Assembly: GCA_003144275.1 (NCBI GenBank)
Contig: NJBF01000054.1
Coordinates: 1-16,910 of the forward strand
Source: Candidatus Heimdallarchaeota archaeon B3_Heim
Lineage (GTDB): Archaea > Asgardarchaeota > Heimdallarchaeia > Hodarchaeales > Hodarchaeaceae
Reading direction: 5' to 3'
Length of the DNA: 16,910 bases
Of the stretch, positions 6,220 to 13,798 are shown in pieces. Positions within the stretch are counted from its first letter, which is position 1. Each line of letters starts with the position of its first letter. The position numbers and the translations under genes are program-made. The notes under the pieces were generated by a model. The model was not told the DNA's origin, did no database searches, and saw only the letters and a list, made by a program, of their open reading frames with translations.

Positions 6220-7761
6220 TTAATCTTTTTTCTGCTTTTTCAACATTCGATAGCTTATGATTGGATCTCTTGCAGCCTTAACATCATCAATTCTTCCAAC
6301 AGATGTATTTATTGGGGCATTTTGTATGCCTTCTTTTTTTCCTGAATATGCCAGTTTAGAAATGTTTCTAATTACCTGTATAAAGTCATCAATAATTTCT
6401 TTAGGTTCAGTCTCCGTTGGTTCTATCATGAGTGCCTCTGGAACAATTAATGGAAAATACACTGTAGGTGGGTGAAAACCATTATCAAGAAGATATTTTG
6501 AGATGTCTAGGGCCGAAATTTCTGTTTCTTTGAACAATTTTTTTGCTGAAAGGACGAATTCGTGCATACACGACGAATTCTCACCATAAGGCACAGAAAA
6601 ACCATGAATTCGGGCACATTGGGCTTTCATATAGTTTGCATTAAGATTAGCCATTTCAGAAACTCGAGTTAAACCAGTTTGACCTAACCTGAGAATATAG
6701 GAGTAAGCTCGCAGCAGGATTGAGAAATTTCCAAAATAGCTTCTAACTTTGCCAATTGTTTGTTTATGGTCATAATTAAAATAATAAAAATCACTTGTAG
6801 AATTGTAAGCAACCGATGGTACAGGTAAGAATGGTATTAGATGTGATACTACTCCTACTGGACCAGCACCAGGGCCTCCACCTCCATGAGGTGTGGCGAA
6901 AGTCTTATGAATATTAAAATGTACAATATCAAATCCCATATCACCTGGTCGAACTTTACCCATGATAGCGTTGAAATTAGCACCATCATAATACATTAAT
7001 CCATCCACACCATGGATGATGTCAGTTATTTCCTTAATATTTGGTTCGAAAATTCCCAGAGTGTTTGGATTAGTTAACATCATACCTGCTGTCCTATTTG
7101 TGACAGAAGATCTAAGAGCATCAATGTTAACGCAGCCATCATTGTTAGATGGTATTACTATGGTTTTGAACCCGCACATTGAAACAGTTGCAGGGTTTGT
7201 TCCATGAGCACTATCAGGTACGATTATTTCATTCTTAATTGCTAGGTTATTTTGAGATTCATGGTATTTCCTAAGAATCATAATACCCGTATATTCTCCA
7301 TGAGCACCAGCGGCAGGTTGTAAGGTTACACCAGCCATTCCTGAAAGCTCCGCTAGCCATTTTGCTAATTCATACATTATTTGTAATGAACCTTGAATTG
7401 TATCCTCTGGTTGGTAGGGATGAACATTTTGAGCCTCATTCATGGAAGCTACAGTATCGCAAATTTTTGGATTGTATTTCATGGTACAGCTTCCTAGAGG
7501 ATAAAAACCTGAGTCTACTCCATAGTTCATCTGAGATAAGCGAGTAAAATGTCGTACTACCTCAAGTTCACTGACTTCAGGAAGATTAGGGGAATTCTCC
7601 CTTAATAAATCGCTTGAAATCGTGCGTTTTGCCTTCTCTAGCATTTTTACCTCTTCAGATGATAATTCTGGAACCTGGTATCCAGTTCGTCCTGGAGTTG
7701 ATTTCTCGAAAATCAGTGTTTTTGGCCATTTACTTTGTTTAAACACTTTATTTCCCTCCAT
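6220..7761 (-). CDS. gcvPB: Glycine dehydrogenase (decarboxylating) subunit 2 (P-protein beta)
   Basis: Motifs TLIFEKSTPGRTGY, YPLGSCTMKYNPK, VPDSAHGTNPAT and the PLP region HFNIHKTFATPHGGGGPG are present. The start is placed at the ATG at 7761. An alternative is the GTG at 7746, one nt after the gcvPA stop and preceded by GGAGGG. The ORF-track start at 7791 would overlap gcvPA by 44 nt. Confidence 0.9.
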   Translation of the reverse strand: MEGNKVFKQSKWPKTLIFEKSTPGRTGYQVPELSSEEVKMLEKAKRTISSDLLRENSPNLPEVSELEVVRHFTRLSQMNYGVDSGFYPLGSCTMKYNPKICDTVASMNEAQNVHPYQPEDTIQGSLQIMYELAKWLAELSGMAGVTLQPAAGAHGEYTGIMILRKYHESQNNLAIKNEIIVPDSAHGTNPATVSMCGFKTIVIPSNNDGCVNIDALRSSVTNRTAGMMLTNPNTLGIFEPNIKEITDIIHGVDGLMYYDGANFNAIMGKVRPGDMGFDIVHFNIHKTFATPHGGGGPGAGPVGVVSHLIPFLPVPSVAYNSTSDFYYFNYDHKQTIGKVRSYFGNFSILLRAYSYILRLGQTGLTRVSEMANLNANYMKAQCARIHGFSVPYGENSSCMHEFVLSAKKLFKETEISALDISKYLLDNGFHPPTVYFPLIVPEALMIEPTETEPKEIIDDFIQVIRNISKLAYSGKKEGIQNAPINTSVGRIDDVKAARDPIISYRMLKKQKKD

Positions 7762-9202
7762 GTGTCCTAAAAAATTCAAGAACTGCGTCAAGAAATAGCT
7801 CCATATCTGAGCTCGTTGTCATTTCTGTAACACTTGCTAAATAACTCGATCCCAAAGATGGAAAGTCCTTAATTAAGGAAAGACCCGGAATAATATTTCT
7901 CGTTCTCATAAATTTTGTGAATGAGTCCATTAGTGTGGGAGAATTTAATGTAAAGACAAATTCTTTAAAAAAGGGACCAGTAAAGTGGGGAGAGCTGATT
8001 TCATCAAACATTGAAAGTCGCTCGGCTAAATGGTGAGCTTTTGCTAGAGAAGTTTCAGCTAATGATTTTAATCCATGGGGACCTATTAAACTCAAATACA
8101 CAGTTGATGCAAGAGCGCATAAGGCGTTATTTGTGCATATATTGGATGTGGCTCTTTCTCGTCGAATATGTTGCTCACGAGTTTGTAGTGTCATTGTAAA
8201 AGCCCTATTGGAAGAACTAATTTCTGTGGTTAATCCAATTATTCTACCTGGCATTGCTCTTACTAATTTTTTATCATTTTTAACGGCAAATAAACCTAAT
8301 AATGGGCCCCCGAAATTCATTGGAAGGCCTAACGGTTGTCCGTCTCCGATTGCGATATCAGCTCCCAATTCTCCTGGCGATCTCAGTAATCCTAAGGAAA
8401 TTGGATCAAAACCTATAATGAATAATGAGTTCTGATCATGCGTTAATTCTCCAACCTCGATTATTTCCTCCTCAATCACCCCCCAGAAATTAGGATTTTC
8501 AATGTAAACTCCACTAATCTGATTTCGTTTCAATTCGATAATACTGGCTAACTTTTCTAAATCAACTTGTCCAGTTAGCTTATCACAGGGATACGTTACT
8601 ATTTTCAATTTAGGGCCGGTAGTATAGGTTATAAGAGTATTTAATCTCTCTGGTTGAATGTATTCTGGAACAAGGAACACTTTTTTTTTCGTTGCACGAG
8701 TAGACATTAAAGCAGCTTCACCTAGAGTTGTGGTGAAGTCGTACATTGATGAATTTACGAGGTCTAGCTGGGTTAATTCTGCTATCATTGATTGATATTC
8801 CCATAATCCCTGGAGCATACCTTGTGAGGTTTCTGGTGCATAAGGTGTATATGAAGTAATAAATTCTGATCTATTCACGATTGAGGGAACTACTGAAGGA
8901 ATAAAGTGTGAATATATTCCCGCACCTAGAAATGAGATTAAATTGTCAGTAGTTACGTTTTTCTGTAAAACAGATTGAATCTTTCGCAAAGTTTCTTGTT
9001 CTGAGTGGGTTTTTGGGAGGTTTAATTTTCCTTCAAAGCGTAATTCCTTGGGTATTATTGAGTAAAGGTCTTCAATCGATGAAACATTCATAGCTTTTAA
9101 CATAGTCTTAATTTGAGATTCGGTTTGAGGCAGAAATGGGTGAGATAAGTGCTGAATCGAATGCAAAGCAGGTATTACCTCCTGAATTGAGGATCTTTTC
9201 AT
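7748..9202 (-). CDS. gcvPA: Glycine dehydrogenase (decarboxylating) subunit 1 (P-protein alpha)
   Basis: Motifs HPFLPQTESQIKTMLKAMNVSSIEDLYSIIP, FLGAGIYSHFIPSVV, YTPYAPETSQGMLQ and REQHIRRERATSNICTN are present. GAGGAG lies 11 nt upstream of the ATG at 9202. An alternative TTG start at 9166 is preceded by AGGAGGT and would remove an ~12-aa N-terminal extension. Confidence 0.9.
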   Translation of the reverse strand: MKRSSIQEVIPALHSIQHLSHPFLPQTESQIKTMLKAMNVSSIEDLYSIIPKELRFEGKLNLPKTHSEQETLRKIQSVLQKNVTTDNLISFLGAGIYSHFIPSVVPSIVNRSEFITSYTPYAPETSQGMLQGLWEYQSMIAELTQLDLVNSSMYDFTTTLGEAALMSTRATKKKVFLVPEYIQPERLNTLITYTTGPKLKIVTYPCDKLTGQVDLEKLASIIELKRNQISGVYIENPNFWGVIEEEIIEVGELTHDQNSLFIIGFDPISLGLLRSPGELGADIAIGDGQPLGLPMNFGGPLLGLFAVKNDKKLVRAMPGRIIGLTTEISSSNRAFTMTLQTREQHIRRERATSNICTNNALCALASTVYLSLIGPHGLKSLAETSLAKAHHLAERLSMFDEISSPHFTGPFFKEFVFTLNSPTLMDSFTKFMRTRNIIPGLSLIKDFPSLGSSYLASVTEMTTSSDMELFLDAVLEFFRTHGGK

Positions 9203-9220
9203 TTTCAGATTAGCTCCTCT

Positions 9221-9241
9221 GCCAAATTTAAATTATTTGGC
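9221..9241. promoter_or_regulatory. Perfect palindrome GCCAAAT-TTAAATT-ATTTGGC overlapping a TATA-like element upstream of gcvPA
   Basis: The 7-bp arms are exact reverse complements. The centre is TTTAAAT. The element lies 19-39 nt upstream of the gcvPA ATG on the minus strand. Confidence 0.25.
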
Positions 9242-9454
9242 AAAAATGATTAAATCAATTTTTTTTCTCATCCTAGGTAAATATTCGTAATGAGACAAAG
9301 TAGGATAGATTCTCCTTTTTTTGATAAGATAAGTTTGAATGATTTATGAAATCAGTAAATTAGACAAAGTTTCTTAAGAATGAAATCACAAATTTCACCT
9401 ACATCTACTGCTAATGAAACTAGTAATTCCTAGGTTAATATTCGTTAATCTAAT

Positions 9455-10090
9455 TTAACGACGGATACGTCTAAGAATGAAAACACTTATTCCGAACATT
9501 ACAATTGGTAAGATGTAGGCGAAGAATATTAGACTATCATCTGGAGGCGTCAGATCTGAGGGCAAAGGAGGAAGAGTATTCGATTGGGATGTAACTTGTT
9601 CGCCTTTAAGCAGAATATTGACAGAATTAGAAATTACAAATGACGAAAGACCATTTAAAAGTTGAAAATTCACAGTAATCCCTTCCACAGTTATTGTTTT
9701 TGTATCAGAACTCGTAACATTGAATTCTAGACGGATTAAATATATCTCGTCAACTTCTAGTGTACCAACAGTATAGTCCATCTCAGAGGAATCATTTTCC
9801 GCTTCCAAGTCTAATTCTGAACTTTTTATGAATTCCAAATCCTCATGAACTTCAAACTGCAAGGAGACATTCAAAATCTCCTCAAAGTGAATATTAGTTA
9901 TTGCAAGACTCATATTAAAGTGATCATTTTGATAAGCTGCCTCAGGACTAGCAACCATGTAAAGTTGAAATGGATAGTAATTATTATCGTGAGGAGTGCT
10001 TTTTGCTTGTAAAATTGAACCGTTTACAATTAGTATGATGACTATGAAAAAAAATAATGCAAGGCGTTGAACTTTCAGGTTCCTAATCAT
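9455..10090 (-). CDS. Hypothetical secreted/type-I membrane protein with beta-sandwich-like ectodomain and C-terminal TM anchor
   Basis: The N-terminal signal-like segment is LALFFFIVIILIVNGSILQA. Several N-x-S/T sequons are present (NMS, NVS, NDS, NVT). A Pro/Thr/Ser linker (LPPLPSDLTPPDD) is followed by a TM helix and a basic tail (LRRIRR). I do not recognise a family. Confidence 0.5.
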   Translation of the reverse strand: MIRNLKVQRLALFFFIVIILIVNGSILQAKSTPHDNNYYPFQLYMVASPEAAYQNDHFNMSLAITNIHFEEILNVSLQFEVHEDLEFIKSSELDLEAENDSSEMDYTVGTLEVDEIYLIRLEFNVTSSDTKTITVEGITVNFQLLNGLSSFVISNSVNILLKGEQVTSQSNTLPPLPSDLTPPDDSLIFFAYILPIVMFGISVFILRRIRR

Positions 10091-10295
10091 TGAACTTTCA
10101 CCAAAAATATGTTGAGAGATGATCTATCCTCGTTTTAATTCATTCTAAATGGACTGAATTGGGAAATATTACAAAAAAAACCGCATATGATTAGATTAAA
10201 GTAACTTTCGAGATAATGAACCACACAACTAAATCCTCTACATTGCTGTAGATAAGTCTCATTCTCTCATGGTTCCAAAAATTAAACTTTCAGCA

Positions 10296-10859
10296 TTAAT
10301 AAGCAACTGCGGTTCCTTGTAATGCAAGACGAGTAGCCAATTGGAATAATTCTTCGACATTTTCTCCTTCTAGCGCACTAGTTTCAAAGTAAAAGGCGGA
10401 AAATTCTTGTGCAACTCGTTTAGCTTCTTCTGTTGAAACTTCACGTTTATGAAGATCCATTTTATTCCCTACAAGAATAAAAGGTGTATTTGGACTATGC
10501 CGTTTTAATTCTCTAATCCAATGCTTGACATCAAAGAATGAACCCCTATTCTGAACATCAAAAACGATCAATGCAACTCTGGCTCCCATGTAAAAATCAC
10601 TTCTTATACAACCAAACCTGTGTTGTCCCGCCAAGTCCCATAAAACTAATTTTACTGACGTACCTCTCATCAATGTTTCGTGGACTTCAATATTTAATCC
10701 CACTGTCAAGTTGTATTGTCCAGGAATGGTTTTAGTTCGAAGATGAGAGCATAGTGATGTTTTTCCTACTCTACCGTCACCTATTAGAATGAGTTTGGTT
10801 GCTACATTATCAATGGCCAAAGTTGTATCTCCTATGATTCCCTTGAGTAAAGGTACCAA
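10296..10859 (-). CDS. Rab/Ras-like small GTPase (Asgard-type eukaryotic signature protein)
   Basis: All G motifs are present. G1 is GDGRVGKT, switch I is NLTVGLNIE, G3 is WDLAGQHRF followed by the Rab-like SDFYMGARVALIVFDV, G4 is GNKMD and G5 is ETSAL. There is no C-terminal Cys prenylation motif (the protein ends ...LQGTAVAY). The only in-frame start near the N-terminus is TTG at 10859, and an in-frame TAA lies 36 nt upstream. Confidence 0.85.
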   Translation of the reverse strand: MVPLLKGIIGDTTLAIDNVATKLILIGDGRVGKTSLCSHLRTKTIPGQYNLTVGLNIEVHETLMRGTSVKLVLWDLAGQHRFGCIRSDFYMGARVALIVFDVQNRGSFFDVKHWIRELKRHSPNTPFILVGNKMDLHKREVSTEEAKRVAQEFSAFYFETSALEGENVEELFQLATRLALQGTAVAY

Positions 10860-10989
10860 CTTTGAAATTAAAGGAACGATGTCACAATCATATTATGAGT
10901 GTTGATTCTCACCACCTTCCCAACTAGTAGAGCTTAAATTTATAGAAAAAAAATTTCTCAAATATAAGGATCACTGTTGGAACCAGAAA

Positions 10990-11487
10990 ATGCCCATTCT
11001 AGAACAGAATTATTCGCGGCCAAGAAATCATTTTTCAGCCTGTCACTTTTTAATCGGATACTCAAGGTGTGATAGACTGCATGGTCACGATTATTCGGTA
11101 AAGTTGCGGATGAAGTATCATTCGGAAATTAATGACCAATTTTTTGACTTCAGAGTAGTAAACTCGTGGGTAAATCAAATAATCAAAGAACTTAATCATA
11201 AAATCTTATTACCCGAAAGATCCCCTGGAATAAAAATACGACCAATAAGGAATGGAGAAAACTGGTTAATTTTATTACAAGGAAAGGAGTACTCGTTTCC
11301 TCAGAAAGATGTGAAAATTCTCAAGGGTATTGAACAGACGACTTGTGAGCATCTTGCTGAATATATTCATAAACTAATTTCTACAAAAATGAAAGAAACA
11401 GGCAAGTATGAAGTGGTATCCGAGTTGACAATAATTCTGAGTGAAACAGTTGGAAATGAGGTTTCTTATTCCTCTAAAATTATCTAA
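10990..11487 (+). CDS. queD: 6-pyruvoyl-tetrahydropterin synthase family protein (QueD-like 6-carboxytetrahydropterin synthase)
   Basis: The PTPS signature is FSACHFL...CDRLHGHDYSVKL (CxxxHGH with the upstream His), followed by FDFRVV and LNHKILLP in place of the LDH motif. Confidence 0.7.
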   Translation: MPILEQNYSRPRNHFSACHFLIGYSRCDRLHGHDYSVKLRMKYHSEINDQFFDFRVVNSWVNQIIKELNHKILLPERSPGIKIRPIRNGENWLILLQGKEYSFPQKDVKILKGIEQTTCEHLAEYIHKLISTKMKETGKYEVVSELTIILSETVGNEVSYSSKII

Positions 11488-11497
11488 AACGAAAAAC

Positions 11498-11623
11498 TTA
11501 ATCCCATCGTTTTCCTGTGATGATTAAATATAACAAACCAAGAATTCCAATTATTAGAAAGCCCCCTAGTAGCACTACTAACCCGAGTCCGATTAATGAT
11601 AGTAGAATTGTTACTATATCCAT
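11498..11623 (-). CDS. Possible 41-aa hydrophobic small membrane protein
   Basis: This ORF is not in the ORF track because it is under 60 aa. The translation is MDIVTILLSLIGLGLVVLLGGFLIIGILGLLYLIITGKRWD, one long hydrophobic span with a basic C-terminus. A GAAGGGGA Shine-Dalgarno-like sequence lies ~8 nt upstream of the ATG. Confidence 0.3.
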   Translation of the reverse strand: MDIVTILLSLIGLGLVVLLGGFLIIGILGLLYLIITGKRWD

Positions 11624-11829
11624 TTTAATGTCCCCTTCAAAGATGAAACGACAAAAATGTCTTTCCGGATAATCCTAATTTCTCCCTGTATAAAAAAGTT
11701 ACTAATGAAGAAGTCCGCAGAGTTTAAACTGATGAAAAGTGCTGTTACAATAATTTCCTTGTAAGAAGACAATTTAAAGAATAGTTTCTAGGTAACAGTT
11801 CCCTCAGTGATGTGATCACAAATGAATAA

Positions 11830-12312
11830 TTAGATTGGCGGATCTTCATATTTTATAAGTTCTGCTATTATATATTTTTCGAGTCGATCTCGATCACCGA
11901 GTGCAATAATATATTCTGATTTCATATCTACTTCTAAGTTTGTAGGCCTAATTTTTACTATCCATTGATCATAAGGGGCATTATTTATTAATTGAGGATC
12001 ATCAAAAACTTCGGAATTGGTTTCAACAATGGATCCAGATACAGGAAAACGTAATTGTCCAATAAATTTGTTTGTTTCGACGGTACCAAAAGCTTTTCCT
12101 TGGGAATAAGTTTTACCTACAGGACGAGTTCGAATATGAAGAATAGGACCTTGAAATTGTCCAAAATCGTCAAAACCCACGTTAAATAATTCACCATCGG
12201 TTTTCAACCATATATGGCCTGGTTCCTGTGTAAAATAATATCTATCTAAAGGGAAATGGTAAGTTTTCTTTTCAGTGGTTATTTCTAATGAATTACTTCC
12301 CAATTTTGTCAC
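11830..12312 (-). CDS. gcvH: Glycine cleavage H-protein-like lipoyl-carrier protein (divergent paralogue)
   Basis: The segment GHIWLKTDGELFNVGFDDFGQFQGPILHIRTRPVGKTYSQGKAFGTVETNKFIGQLRFPVSGSIVETNSEVFDDPQLINNAPYDQWIVKI aligns with the GcvH pattern (H-W, vG-it-dyAq, vES-v-K-a, sPvsG-v-e-N, P-l-N-PY-gW). A Lys is retained at the lipoylation position (ETNKF versus ESVKA). The start codon is GTG. At 160 aa it is longer than the usual ~125-130 aa. Confidence 0.7.
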   Translation of the reverse strand: MTKLGSNSLEITTEKKTYHFPLDRYYFTQEPGHIWLKTDGELFNVGFDDFGQFQGPILHIRTRPVGKTYSQGKAFGTVETNKFIGQLRFPVSGSIVETNSEVFDDPQLINNAPYDQWIVKIRPTNLEVDMKSEYIIALGDRDRLEKYIIAELIKYEDPPI

Positions 12313-12525
12313 CGATTACAATTATTTTCCCAGATAATTAGACATTATTTAAGTATTCGCTGTTTTATGTCTTTGGATTGCTCTTTAGATTTTTGTATAC
12401 GAAATTTTAGTGATATCTTTATTTTTAATGCTTTTGAAATTGCGTTTTTTGATATTAAAAAAAATGAATTAATAAATAGATTCCTCTTTTATTGGTTGAG
12501 AGATGAGTTATTTAGATAATTCTAG

Positions 12526-12896
12526 TTAGATACTCTCTGGATAGACGAATCGAAGAAGTTCTTCGACAAAATTCTCAACCGTTTCCACCATTCGTTCTTG
12601 TTTATCATTATAATCCACTTGTAAGAGTCCATGTGAATGCCAAGTTAATCTAACTGAAATTGACCGAAATACCATAACCGTTGGGGTTGAGGCTAAAGTT
12701 CGGTAAGAATTCTGTTCTAAACCTTTTTTTATGTTCTCTAGTGAGAATGGTTTACTTAGATTAAAGGAAACGTACCATCGGTATGGATTATTGTTACAAA
12801 TTTTGACTGAAAATGTGAATGACGTAATGAACGCACTTCTCCTTCAGAACTATTTAAAAATATGAACTTAATTTCGTCTAGTGATTGAAATTTCAT
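12526..12896 (-). pseudogene. Frameshift-split hypothetical ORF (46-codon 5' frame plus ~105-codon open 3' frame)
   Basis: A hand translation from the ATG at 12896 gives MKFQSLDEIKFIFLNSSEGEVRSLRHSHFQSKFVTIIHTDGTFPLI and stops at 12756-12758. The -1 frame is open from 12843 to the stop at 12526-12528 (...FNLSKPFSLENIKKGLEQNSYRTLASTPTVMVFRSISVRLTWHSHGLLQVDYNDKQERMVETVENFVEELLRFVYPESI) but has no start codon before Met at 12675. The two frames overlap over nt 12759-12843. I do not recognise a family. Confidence 0.3.
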
Positions 12897-13070
12897 TCCA
12901 TTCTATAAACAAAAATGAAATTCATTTTCATTGATAGTATACATTATTCTTTCTAAATTTTTCACTGAATTGGTCTTGTTTTCAAACCAATAATTCCTTA
13001 TGTTTGAAATTTGTGTTGCGATAATATAGCATATTACGGTTTTGTGTATTATTCTTGGATTCTGCCTCTC

Positions 13071-13757
13071 ATGAAAGCTGTATGTTTGATATCTGGTGGT
13101 ATAGATAGCCCTGTAGCAGCTCAGATTGCGATAAAAAATGGTTTCCAACCATTACTTCTACACTATCATAATTATCCTTTTCATTCCCCGGGTACTTTGG
13201 AAAAAGTCGTGGCATTGGCAAATCAAATTGCGAGTCGGAATAGTTCAACCCCATTAAGTCTATCAATTATGACACACGGTGGAACACAAGAAAAAATTCT
13301 TAATGGCTTAGAAGGACGAGAAATTCAACAAACTTGCTTATTTTGCCGAATGCAGATGTTCTATAAGGCCCAACAATTCGCAAATCAGCGAGGAGCTGAG
13401 GCCGTTATCACAGGTGAAATTTTGGGGGAACAAGCAAGTCAAACACTTGATAATCTGCCAATGGTAACATCTAAGATCAATCTTCTAGCGCTTAGGCCGT
13501 TAATTGGATATAATAAGGAAGAGGTAGTAAGTTTATCTAAGAAGTGGGGGTATTATGATTTATCTATCCTACCTGGCGGCTGTTGTAGTATAAATCCTCA
13601 ATATCCCGAAACGAGAGGAAAATCAGAGGTCCTAGATCCTATTTATTATCGACTGTCTGACAAACTAAAATTAATATCTGAGTCAGAATTGGATTCAGTA
13701 GTCGATTTTAAATTACCAATATCGTTGAAAGAGGTTCTTGATGCTGTAGAAACCTAA
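13071..13757 (+). CDS. thiI: ThiI-like PP-loop ATP pyrophosphatase (stand-alone domain, no THUMP/NFLD)
   Basis: The protein starts MKAVCLISGGIDSPVAAQ (SGGxDS PP-loop). Also present are the conserved CLFCRMQM (CxxC), ITGEILGEQASQTLDNL, LRPLIGYNKEEV and GGCCSINPQYPETRG, which correspond to ThiI C-terminal catalytic region motifs. The start is placed at the ATG at 13071. The upstream 60 nt of the tracked ORF look non-coding. Confidence 0.75.
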   Translation: MKAVCLISGGIDSPVAAQIAIKNGFQPLLLHYHNYPFHSPGTLEKVVALANQIASRNSSTPLSLSIMTHGGTQEKILNGLEGREIQQTCLFCRMQMFYKAQQFANQRGAEAVITGEILGEQASQTLDNLPMVTSKINLLALRPLIGYNKEEVVSLSKKWGYYDLSILPGGCCSINPQYPETRGKSEVLDPIYYRLSDKLKLISESELDSVVDFKLPISLKEVLDAVET

Positions 13758-13798
13758 GAACTAATCGATTTTCAATCTCCAGTATTCATTATAATCGA

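Noticed and set aside
6257-8435. Plus-strand ORFs 6257-6475, 7016-7207, 7362-7547, 8011-8199 and 8133-8435 antisense to gcvPB/gcvPA
   Set aside because: They are antisense shadows of two highly conserved genes, with no motifs or start-site context.
10538-10735. 65-aa plus-strand ORF inside the small GTPase gene
   Set aside because: It is an antisense shadow ORF. The GTPase frame carries all G1-G5 motifs.
11811-11820. 10-bp perfect palindrome TGTGATCACA 10 nt downstream of the gcvH-like stop codon
   Set aside because: It is a single short palindrome with no loop, so it cannot form a hairpin. There is no second copy in the window, so chance occurrence cannot be excluded.
11700-11830. Possible C/D box sRNA (CTGATGA at 11729-11735) in the spacer downstream of the gcvH-like gene
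   Set aside because: The C-box first position deviates from R. No CUGA D box lies at the expected 45-60 nt distance, there are no C'/D' boxes on either strand, and no terminal stem.
12903-13266. Minus-strand ORFs 12903-13148 (81 aa) and 13069-13266 (65 aa)
   Set aside because: They overlap the start and PP-loop region of the well-supported thiI-like gene. Their translations are Tyr/Ile/Asn-rich with no family resemblance.
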